DNA of 30,829 nt from Minisyncoccota bacterium (GCA_028715435.1 JAQURU010000001.1:1-30829), one strand, 5' to 3'. Numbered from the stretch's first letter, positions 1-6,729 are shown. The notes: generated from the sequence alone by a model not told the origin. Numbers and translations are program-made.

Positions 1-226
1 TGATGTTAGATATTGGTTTGATTGTAACAATGACGGCTCTTGGGACAGGCAATTAACAATGTATCAAGGCCCAAATTCTTCTTATACTTCTGATAATTTA
101 TGCAACTATCCCAGCAATGGCGTTTAAACTGCCAAAGTTAGGGTGGAAAGATTAGGATTGTAAGCTGAAAGCACAGCCACAATTACTGTTGGAGGTTATC
201 AGCCCCCAACCACTGGGCAGTATACT

Positions 227-835
227 TTGTCAGTTCAAAAAACAGTTCAAAATTTAACCAATGGCACTGGATTTTTGGATAGCGTTTCAGCGAATTTCGG
301 CGATGAATTGGTTTATAGGGTTGTTATTAACTCGTCTGGCTCGGTAATGGCCCCAAGCGTTTATGTGAAAGATGCCTTGCCTTCTGGCTTAACCTATATT
401 GGCAATTTAACTGTTGATGGGGTTAATGATGGCCGCAGCATAGCTAACAGCATTTTGCTTGGAGATATGCCAGTGGGTGCTTCCAAAACAATAACTTATA
501 AAGCCAGAGTGAACGCCAAAGAGTTTTTCAATTTCGGAACCAATAATATGATTAACTCGGTTTTAGTATATAACACTGGGGTTTCTATTTCTGACACGGC
601 CACAGTTAGTGTTGTTAAAACAGGCGTTGCAGGAGCTGCTACAAATATCAACACAGGCATCACAGAAACATTGTTGGGCTCTTTGTTATTGCCTTTGGGG
701 TTGGCTGCTTTATTGCTTTTCTTGTTTAAATCCCAAATTCTTGGATTTGATAAATGGGCAACTGTTAGAAAAGTAGAAACCGATAATTTCCGAGCTCAAA
801 GAAAATTAAATTCTCTTATCCAAAAACGAAAGTAA
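227..835 (+). CDS. C-terminal part of a DUF11-like surface protein with a C-terminal membrane anchor (the frame extends upstream to the window edge but contains two TAA codons)
   Basis: Pattern LSVQKTV...GDELVYRVVINSSG...VKDALPSGLTY resembles DUF11/Ig-like repeats, followed by ATNINTG, a hydrophobic helix (LLGSLLLPLGLAALLLFLF) and a basic tail. The TTG start is probably not the true start. Confidence 0.7.
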   Translation: MSVQKTVQNLTNGTGFLDSVSANFGDELVYRVVINSSGSVMAPSVYVKDALPSGLTYIGNLTVDGVNDGRSIANSILLGDMPVGASKTITYKARVNAKEFFNFGTNNMINSVLVYNTGVSISDTATVSVVKTGVAGAATNINTGITETLLGSLLLPLGLAALLLFLFKSQILGFDKWATVRKVETDNFRAQRKLNSLIQKRK

Positions 836-873
836 TATGGGTTGTGGATAAGTGGGGAAATTAAATAGAGAAA

Positions 874-912
874 CTAACTAAAAACCCTTATTTTATAGGG
901 GTTTTTAGTTAG
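874..912 (+). terminator. Intrinsic terminator-like hairpin after the surface protein gene
   Basis: CTAACTAAAAACCCT ... AGGGGTTTTTAGTTAG inverted repeat. Confidence 0.65.
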
Positions 913-933
913 CTTGAGGTGGTAGGGGAGTAG

Positions 934-962
934 TTGACAGTGGTAATGGTTGGTGCAATAAT
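934..962 (+). promoter_or_regulatory. sigma70 promoter of the mraZ/dcw operon
   Basis: TTGACA (934-939), 17 nt spacer, AATAAT (957-962). Confidence 0.6.
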
Positions 963-970
963 GGAGATGT

Positions 971-994
971 GTGGGAGGCTGTGGATAAAAGTGG
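971..994 (+). promoter_or_regulatory. MraZ autoregulatory site
   Basis: GTGG at 971, 981 and 991 (GTGG-N6 x3, 10-bp period), just downstream of the promoter and upstream of mraZ. This matches the MraZ binding-repeat architecture known from Mycoplasma and Bacillus. Confidence 0.75.
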
Positions 995-1057
995 GGATAA
1001 ACTGCCAAAAATGTGCATAACTTTAAGCTTATCCTAGACCGGGTCTAGGGACATACT

Positions 1058-1489
1058 ATGTTTTTAGGAGAATATCAATACTCAATAGATGACAAGAAAA
1101 GATTGGCTTTGCCTTTGAAATTCAGGCAGGCTTTGGGCAAGAAAGCAGTGATAACCAGGGGATTGGACAATTGCTTATTTTTATTCCCAATGAAAGATTG
1201 GCAAGTTTTAGCTGATAAATTAAGTAAGCTGCCATTATCCCAGGCCGATGCCCGAGGGTTTGCCAGAATGATGTTGGCTGGGGCAATGGAAGTATCTATT
1301 GATGCTTTGGGCAGAATTTTAATGCCAGATTACTTAAAGGATTATGCTGGGCTTTCCAAAAAAACTATAATTGCTGGGCTTTATAACCGAATTGAAATTT
1401 GGGATGAAGCTAAATGGAATATTTATAAGCAAAAAACTGAAAAAGAAGCAGGGGATATGGCCGAACGACTTAAAGAATTAGGCGTTTAA
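1058..1489 (+). CDS. mraZ: Division/cell wall cluster transcriptional repressor MraZ
   Basis: MFLGEYQYSIDDKKRLALP...IDALGRILMP...IEIWD, two AbrB-like repeats, first gene of the dcw cluster. Confidence 0.97.
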   Translation: MFLGEYQYSIDDKKRLALPLKFRQALGKKAVITRGLDNCLFLFPMKDWQVLADKLSKLPLSQADARGFARMMLAGAMEVSIDALGRILMPDYLKDYAGLSKKTIIAGLYNRIEIWDEAKWNIYKQKTEKEAGDMAERLKELGV

Positions 1490-1490
1490 T

Positions 1491-2369
1491 ATGCACATTC
1501 CAGTTTTGTTAAAAGAAGTTATCGCAAATTTAAATCCAAAACCCAATGAAAACTTTGTGGATTGCACATTCGGGTTTGGGGGGCATGCAGTTGCCATACT
1601 TGAAAAAACAGGGCCTAATGGAAAAGTTCTGGGAGTAGAGTGGGACAGGGAAAAATTAAAAATTAAAAATGAAAAATTAAAAATTGATAGGTTAGTTTTA
1701 ATTAATGATTCGTACGCTAATTTGAGAGAGATTGTTGAGAGAGAAAATTTTGGGCCGATTAATGGCGTATTGCTGGATTTGGGAATATCCTCATGGGATT
1801 TTGAAAATAGTGGCAGGGGATTCAGCTTTCAAAAAGATGAACCGCTTGATATGAGATATTCAGAAAAGCAGTTATTAACAGCCAAAGAAATTATCAATAA
1901 GTGGCCAGAAGAAGAATTAGAAAGAATTTTTAGGGAGTATGGCCAAGAGCGATTTGCTAAAAATATTGCAAGCAACATAGTAAAAATTAGGAGGCAAAAG
2001 CTGATTGGAACAACATTCCAGCTTGTGGAAATTATTAAAAAGAGTTTTCCTAAAAGTTATAAATTCGGCAAAATCCATGTAGCCACCAGAACTTTTCAGG
2101 CATTGCGGATTGCTGTTAACAATGAATTAGAAAATTTAAAAAATGTTTTGCCCCAGGCCTTAGAGGTTTTAGAAAAAGGCGGAAGAGTGGCTGTTATATC
2201 CTTTCATTCATTAGAGGATTCTATTGTAAAAAAATTTTTTAAAACTCAAGCTCAGAATAATAATTTGCAAATTTTAACTAAAAAACCAGTCGTTGCTTCT
2301 GCTATTGAAATTAAAGAAAATCCAAAAGCCAGAAGTGCGAAGTTGCGCGTGGCGCAACTAAACAATTAA
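1491..2369 (+). CDS. rsmH: 16S rRNA m4C1402 methyltransferase RsmH (MraW)
   Basis: MHIPVLLKEV, DCTFGFGGHA, LDLGISS, GFSFQKDEPLDMR, ISFHSLED, NPKARSAKLR. Confidence 0.97.
   Translation: MHIPVLLKEVIANLNPKPNENFVDCTFGFGGHAVAILEKTGPNGKVLGVEWDREKLKIKNEKLKIDRLVLINDSYANLREIVERENFGPINGVLLDLGISSWDFENSGRGFSFQKDEPLDMRYSEKQLLTAKEIINKWPEEELERIFREYGQERFAKNIASNIVKIRRQKLIGTTFQLVEIIKKSFPKSYKFGKIHVATRTFQALRIAVNNELENLKNVLPQALEVLEKGGRVAVISFHSLEDSIVKKFFKTQAQNNNLQILTKKPVVASAIEIKENPKARSAKLRVAQLNN
1651..1685 (+). repeat. Heptamer tandem repeat inside rsmH
   Basis: AAAAATT AAAAATT AAAAATG AAAAATT AAAAATT, encoding EKLKIKNEKLKI. Confidence 0.85.
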
Positions 2370-2371
2370 CG

Positions 2372-2722
2372 ATGAAAAAATTGATTAAAAAAATTATATT
2401 TATTGCTAAACTTTCCAACGAAGCTGCTAATTTACTTTGTCGAAAAATCCTTATAGCAGATTTTATTTTAGTGTCTGTTTTTTTACTTGGGCTTTATTTT
2501 TACCAAGTGCAGGATTTGGTCAAAAACAGTTATGCGTTAAATAAAATTGAGCAAGAGCTTTCAGAACAGCAAGGCCAAAGCTTGTTTTTTAGCCAACAAA
2601 CAGCTACTACTGCAGGCCTGGATAAAACTGAACAGGCAATTTTAGCTTTGAACTTTGTGAAGAATGACAGCATCAAGTATATTCCCCTAACCAATGACTA
2701 TTTGGTAAGGGTTGATAGATAG
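2372..2722 (+). CDS. Probable FtsL-like cell division protein
   Basis: Position between rsmH and ftsI, one transmembrane segment followed by a coiled-coil-like stretch. Called from synteny, not sequence identity. Confidence 0.55.
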   Translation: MKKLIKKIIFIAKLSNEAANLLCRKILIADFILVSVFLLGLYFYQVQDLVKNSYALNKIEQELSEQQGQSLFFSQQTATTAGLDKTEQAILALNFVKNDSIKYIPLTNDYLVRVDR

Positions 2723-4384
2723 TTGACAAATAAAATGCGAAAAATTCCGGCAATTTTTGTATTTGTAATTTTTATTCTTTTTGGAGCGGCTTTATTGGCT
2801 AAGCTTTTTTATTTACAGGTTATGAAAGGGGAATATTATGGGGCATTGGCTTTGGGCCAACAGATACCAGTTCAGGAAGGAAACACCAAACGGGGTGATA
2901 TATTTTTTAGCGATGGCGCAACTTTATTAGCCAAAACAAAAGTAAAGCCAATTGTTTATATTTTTCCCAATAAAATCTCAACTGAAAATCAAGAAGCAGT
3001 GACCAGAGAATTAAGCCAAATTTTGGGAGAAAGCTTGGCCACAACAACAGCTGAATTAGCTGTGGGCGCAACAATTAAGAAAGATCTCACAGAGGAACAA
3101 TTTAAAGAGCTTAAACAAAGAAATCTAAAAGGAATCTATGTTGACGAAGAACTTGTAAGAGTTTATCCTCAAAAAAAATTTGCCGGGCATTTGGTCGGTT
3201 TTGTTAATAGTGCAGGCCAGGGCCAATACGGGGTGGAAGGGTTTTATGATTCTGTTTTAAAAGGCGAACAAGTTTTAAAAGGAAACAGTTCGGTTTTTTC
3301 AATTTTAGCTTCGGCTTTTAAAGAGCCTCCAAGTAATGAGAGCGTCAGTAAAAGCGGAAAAGGTATACAGCTCACTATTGACTATAATATTCAATACGAA
3401 GCAGAAAAATTGTTAGAACAAGCTGCTCATGATTGGCAAATGGACTCTGGCCAAATTATCGTGCAGGAGCCCTCAACCGGTAAAATTTTAGCAATGGCTG
3501 TCTGGCCAGACTTTGACCCAAATCTCTATGCTAGCGAGGAGCAAGTGTCTTCTTTTACCAACCCTGCCCTACAGGCTTTATTTGAACCAGGTTCGGTTTT
3601 TAAGCCAATTACAATGGCCGCAGGCCTTGAGGAAAATTTAGTTGCTCCAGAAACAAGGTTCACGGATACGGGCGAGGTAAACGTGGGAGGGCCTTCAATT
3701 TATAACTTTGCCAAAAAAGCTTGGGGCGAGCAAAGCATGGTAGGGGTTTTGGAAAACTCTATTAACACTGGAATGGTTTTTGTGGAGCAAAAATTGGGCA
3801 AAAATCTTTTTTTAAAGTATGCTCAAAGTTTTGGCTTATTTAAAAAAACTGAAGTTGACCTAGCTGGGGAGATTTATTCTGCTAATGAAACCTTAAAAAA
3901 GGGCTATCCAAGGGATTTTGCTGTGGCGAGCTTTGGCCAAGGTATTCAAATAACTTCTTTGCAATTATTAAAAGCAATATCAGCAATTGCCAACAAGGGT
4001 TTGATGATGAGGCCGTATATTGCCCAAGCGAAAGACCCCACTTTAGAAGGCCAAGTTATTTCAGAAAACACAGCTGCCCAGCTATCAGCTATGATGGTTT
4101 CAGTTGTGGAAAACGGGGGCGGGAGAAGGGCAAAAGTTCCGGGCTATTTAGTGGCAGGCAAAACTGGAACAGCTCAAATTCCAAAGCCAACAGGAGGTTA
4201 TTATGAAGACAGAACAATTCAAAGCTTTATTGGGTTTGCCCCAGCCAACCAGCCAAGGTTTATTATTTTAGTTCGATTAGATAATCCCAAGCAATCAGAT
4301 GCAGCCAGCTCTTGCGCTGCGCCAATATTTGGCCAATTGGCCAAATATATAATTGATCTTTGGCAAGTCCCTCCAACTCAGTAA
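2723..4384 (+). CDS. ftsI: Class B penicillin-binding protein (FtsI/PBP2-3 family)
   Basis: N-terminal TM, RGDIF dimerisation motif, EPGSVFK (SxxK), SIN (SxN), GKTGTAQ (KTG). Confidence 0.9.
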   Translation: MTNKMRKIPAIFVFVIFILFGAALLAKLFYLQVMKGEYYGALALGQQIPVQEGNTKRGDIFFSDGATLLAKTKVKPIVYIFPNKISTENQEAVTRELSQILGESLATTTAELAVGATIKKDLTEEQFKELKQRNLKGIYVDEELVRVYPQKKFAGHLVGFVNSAGQGQYGVEGFYDSVLKGEQVLKGNSSVFSILASAFKEPPSNESVSKSGKGIQLTIDYNIQYEAEKLLEQAAHDWQMDSGQIIVQEPSTGKILAMAVWPDFDPNLYASEEQVSSFTNPALQALFEPGSVFKPITMAAGLEENLVAPETRFTDTGEVNVGGPSIYNFAKKAWGEQSMVGVLENSINTGMVFVEQKLGKNLFLKYAQSFGLFKKTEVDLAGEIYSANETLKKGYPRDFAVASFGQGIQITSLQLLKAISAIANKGLMMRPYIAQAKDPTLEGQVISENTAAQLSAMMVSVVENGGGRRAKVPGYLVAGKTGTAQIPKPTGGYYEDRTIQSFIGFAPANQPRFIILVRLDNPKQSDAASSCAAPIFGQLAKYIIDLWQVPPTQ

Positions 4385-4389
4385 AAGAT

Positions 4390-4418
4390 TTGACAAAAAT
4401 TTCCATATTTGCTAAATT
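4390..4418 (+). promoter_or_regulatory. sigma70 promoter, leader unit A
   Basis: TTGACA-N17-TAAATT. Confidence 0.6.
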
Positions 4419-4430
4419 AAAATTAAAGAT

Positions 4431-4523
4431 ATGAAAAAGGTTAGCCAAAAACAATTCCTTGGTTTATTGTTGGTTTTGTTATCAAAACCCCAAGCTGGGA
4501 AGGTTTTTGGCAATAAAAAGTAG
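4431..4523 (+). CDS. Putative leader peptide A (30 aa, MKKVSQKQFLGLLLVLLSKPQAGKVFGNKK)
   Basis: ATG 12 nt after the -10 element. Its 3' codons are complementary to the 5' arm of the downstream terminator. Confidence 0.55.
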   Translation: MKKVSQKQFLGLLLVLLSKPQAGKVFGNKK

Positions 4524-4547
4524 ATTAGAAAGTAATTAAAAAACTTC

Positions 4548-4579
4548 AAACCTCCCCAGTGCTGGGGAGGTTTTGTTTT
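4548..4579 (+). terminator. Attenuator terminator A
   Basis: AAACCTCCCCAG-TG-CTGGGGAGGTTT followed by a T-tract. Confidence 0.85.
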
Positions 4580-4607
4580 CTGAACGTTAATAATAAGGAG
4601 ACGGAAA

Positions 4608-5054
4608 ATGAAAGAAATTTTAGAAGTTATTGTAAGAAGAGTTGGCGAAAGAATATTCCGTGCGCCAGTTCAAGTTGTTAATTTAGAAAATAATACCTGG
4701 GTTATTGAATCAGAGGGAGTTTTCTTAACGGGCAAACTTTATCCTAGCCCCATCACCGCAACCCTTCTTATTTTTGAGGTAATTAAAGTGCAAGGCAAAC
4801 GAGAGCTGGTCGGCCTTGAATTTACCATGGAAACCGTTGAGGAAGCTATAAAGCAAGCAGGAATAACAGTATTCCATACTTCTCCGGCTGCCCTTTATGT
4901 TTCTAATCCAGAAGAAGGTGATACATGGACCATTGAATTTGAGGGCATTGCTGTGACAGGTAGGGTTTGCCCTGTTAATAAAGACCAGGTAACTTTTAAG
5001 GTCATTAAGGCCGAAGGAAAGCGACAGTTAGTCGGTCTCAAATTCACCATATAA
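4608..5054 (+). CDS. Hypothetical protein with a duplicated beta-rich domain
   Basis: SD AAGGAG, with two homologous halves (TWVIESEGVFLTGKLYP...FEVIKVQGKRELVGLEFT / TWTIEFEGIAVTGRVCP...FKVIKAEGKRQLVGLKFT). Confidence 0.8.
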   Translation: MKEILEVIVRRVGERIFRAPVQVVNLENNTWVIESEGVFLTGKLYPSPITATLLIFEVIKVQGKRELVGLEFTMETVEEAIKQAGITVFHTSPAALYVSNPEEGDTWTIEFEGIAVTGRVCPVNKDQVTFKVIKAEGKRQLVGLKFTI

Positions 5055-5130
5055 AAGCGGGAGGCTGAAGGGGCCATAACCCCACAAAGCATGGCTTTTG
5101 CTACCACAATTGCAAAAGCCCCCGCGCTTG

Positions 5131-5190
5131 TCCCGTAGAGAATTTTAACTTTTGGCTTTGCTGATAAGCAGTTAAAATTCTTCTACGGGA
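5131..5190. repeat. Long inverted repeat (REP-like or terminator)
   Basis: TCCCGTAGAGAATTTTAACT-19 nt-AGTTAAAATTCTTCTACGGGA (one bulge) followed by TTATTTTTTT. Confidence 0.8.
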
Positions 5191-5211
5191 TTATTTTTTT
5201 AGTGCAGGGGA

Positions 5212-5239
5212 TTGACAAGCAATTTTAGATGAGTATTAT
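5212..5239 (+). promoter_or_regulatory. sigma70 promoter, leader unit B
   Basis: TTGACA-N16-TATTAT. Confidence 0.65.
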
Positions 5240-5251
5240 AAATTTATAGTT

Positions 5252-5362
5252 ATGAAAACTTCGAAAACGCAAATTAACCAAAAAAGAGATTTCTTTTTCT
5301 TTTATTTCTTTTTTACCCCGATGAGGGAGGTTAGTTTGAGTTTTCTAAAAGCTAAAAAATAA
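5252..5362 (+). CDS. Putative leader peptide B (36 aa, MKTSKTQINQKRDFFFFYFFFTPMREVSLSFLKAKK)
   Basis: ATG 12 nt after the -10 element, a Phe run, and a 3' part complementary to the terminator 5' arm. Confidence 0.6.
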   Translation: MKTSKTQINQKRDFFFFYFFFTPMREVSLSFLKAKK

Positions 5363-5388
5363 AAGAAAATTAAATTTAGAAATTTCAC

Positions 5389-5427
5389 ACCAGCTTCTCT
5401 CATTGTGAGAAAGCTGGTTTTATTTTT
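5389..5427 (+). terminator. Attenuator terminator B
   Basis: ACCAGCTTCTCTCA-TTG-TGAGAAAGCTGGT followed by TTTATTTTT. Confidence 0.85.
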
Positions 5428-5469
5428 GCTCATTAAATTATTAATAGTTTTTAGAAGGGAGGTGTTTGC

Positions 5470-5655
5470 TTGATACTGATTTCAAGGCGGCAAGTCCATA
5501 TTTTTCAGGATATCAAAGATACCTTGGAAAGTCATAGGATAAAATATACAACAATTGCCACGGACAATTGTTTTATATTTTTGGTTTCAAATAACGAACG
5601 TTTGTATGCTGTGTTTGAATTACTTGACCTACTATCCGAAAGAATAGTCATATAG
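5470..5655 (+). CDS. Hypothetical protein (61 aa)
   Basis: Strong SD GGGAGGTG before TTG, directly after terminator B. Confidence 0.7.
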   Translation: MILISRRQVHIFQDIKDTLESHRIKYTTIATDNCFIFLVSNNERLYAVFELLDLLSERIVI

Positions 5656-5667
5656 GGGGGTTTTAGG

Positions 5668-5868
5668 ATGAGGAAAGAATTGTATACGGAAAGACTTTTA
5701 CGTGAAAAAGAAGAAAAGATTAGAAAAAGCCGGAGTCCGTTGCCAAGCTTAAGTAAGCCGGGCGTTGACGAGTTTGGAGCGCCACTTGATGTCTATCAAA
5801 AAAGCTACGAAACCCGTAAAGATCTTTGGAGGGCAGAGGTAAAAGATGCAAAACTTAACAATAAATAG
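5668..5868 (+). CDS. Hypothetical basic protein (66 aa)
   Basis: ORF follows the previous one by 12 nt with a purine-rich upstream sequence, and is followed by a hairpin. Confidence 0.65.
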   Translation: MRKELYTERLLREKEEKIRKSRSPLPSLSKPGVDEFGAPLDVYQKSYETRKDLWRAEVKDAKLNNK

Positions 5869-5883
5869 TTAAGTTAAAATTCA

Positions 5884-5913
5884 AGGGTAAAAGCACGTTT
5901 ATGCTTTTACCCT
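5884..5913. terminator. Perfect 12-bp hairpin closing unit B and abutting the next -35
   Basis: AGGGTAAAAGCA-CGTTTA-TGCTTTTACCCT. Confidence 0.65.
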
Positions 5914-5940
5914 TGACAGTAATTTTTATTGCGGTATCAT
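5913..5940 (+). promoter_or_regulatory. sigma70 promoter, leader unit C
   Basis: TTGACA-N16-TATCAT. Confidence 0.7.
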
Positions 5941-5952
5941 AAAATAATAAAT

Positions 5953-6036
5953 ATGAAATTCGCTCAAATTAAATCCCAATTTACTAAATACACTATTAAC
6001 TCTGGAAGGGAGATTGGTTTGAGCTTTGAAAACTAA
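5953..6036 (+). CDS. Putative leader peptide C (27 aa, MKFAQIKSQFTKYTINSGREIGLSFEN)
   Basis: ATG 12 nt after the -10 element. REIGLSF is homologous to REVSLSF of leader B. Confidence 0.6.
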   Translation: MKFAQIKSQFTKYTINSGREIGLSFEN

Positions 6037-6053
6037 TTCTTAAAACTTCAGAC

Positions 6054-6085
6054 CAGCCCCTCTTCTAAAAAGACGGGCTGTTTTT
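6054..6085 (+). terminator. Attenuator terminator C
   Basis: CAGCCCCTCTT-CTAA-AAGACGGGCTG followed by TTTTTG. Confidence 0.8.
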
Positions 6086-6142
6086 GTTCTGTTTTTGCTA
6101 TTTAACAATTTATATTCACCTTTTAATAACAGGAGGTTTTTT

Positions 6143-6340
6143 ATGGAAGAAATCAAGATTTCAAAAGCATTTCCAAAAGAAGAAAAAGAGCAAATAGAAG
6201 GAAAAATAAAAAAAGCAGCAGGCGAATGCCACTGTCATAACATTAAAATTAACTTCGGCGGTTGCTTTACAAGTATTTTAGTAGAGAATCACAAGACCAA
6301 AGATCTTCGTGCAAAACTCAAGGAAAAAGGAATAATATAA
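6143..6340 (+). CDS. Hypothetical protein (65 aa, CHCH/C motif)
   Basis: SD AGGAGG before ATG 6143. The ORF track start at 6095 is probably too early. Confidence 0.75.
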   Translation: MEEIKISKAFPKEEKEQIEGKIKKAAGECHCHNIKINFGGCFTSILVENHKTKDLRAKLKEKGII

Positions 6341-6358
6341 AAGAAAAGGAGGATTAAG

Positions 6359-6556
6359 ATGATTTCTTTGGACGATATTGGCGGAACCGAACAAGTCTTA
6401 GTTTACGAACAATTGTGCCGACAGAGTTCAGCGGTTCAAAAAAAGCTGAAATCAGCTGAAGTTAAAAACGATGTTGATGGTAAAAAAAAGTGGAAATATC
6501 ATCTTGCATCAACCCAACGAGGTATGTTGAGAGTTTTGTCAAGCATGCCTTTATAG
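6359..6556 (+). CDS. Hypothetical protein (65 aa)
   Basis: SD AGGAGG, followed by a terminator. Confidence 0.75.
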   Translation: MISLDDIGGTEQVLVYEQLCRQSSAVQKKLKSAEVKNDVDGKKKWKYHLASTQRGMLRVLSSMPL

Positions 6557-6568
6557 AACGATTATAAT

Positions 6569-6616
6569 AAACAGCGGTTAATTGATGGCCTGTGAGCACA
6601 TCAACCGCTGTTTTTA
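6569..6616 (+). terminator. Intrinsic terminator
   Basis: AAACAGCGGTT...AACCGCTGTTTTT. Confidence 0.75.
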
Positions 6617-6656
6617 CTTGTTTAAAAACCCATTTTTGCTACAATAGGTTTGATTT

Positions 6657-6729
6657 GGTCTTATCGTCTAGAGGCCTAGGACTCATGATTCTCAATCATG
6701 CAACCCGGGTTCGAATCCCGGTAAGACCG
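6657..6729 (+). tRNA. tRNA-Glu(CTC), CCA not encoded
   Basis: GGTCTTA/TAAGACC acceptor stem, CATGA-TTCTCAA-TCATG anticodon arm, CCGGG-TTCGAAT-CCCGG T arm. Confidence 0.95.

Larger units (their letters stand above)
843..1020 (-). promoter_or_regulatory. Cluster of co-oriented DnaA-box-like sequences
   Basis: TGTGGATAA at 843-851 and 980-988 (exact reverse complement of TTATCCACA), TGGGGATAA at 992-1000, TGTGCATAA at 1012-1020. Confidence 0.55.

Noticed and set aside
2-835. Diversity-generating retroelement target
   Set aside because: No reverse transcriptase or template-repeat pair in the window, and the two stops alone do not show adenine-specific mutagenesis.
843-1020. oriC
   Set aside because: Only four boxes, no dnaA or dnaN nearby, no clear unwinding element and no change in gene orientation. 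Kept only as a regulatory hypothesis.
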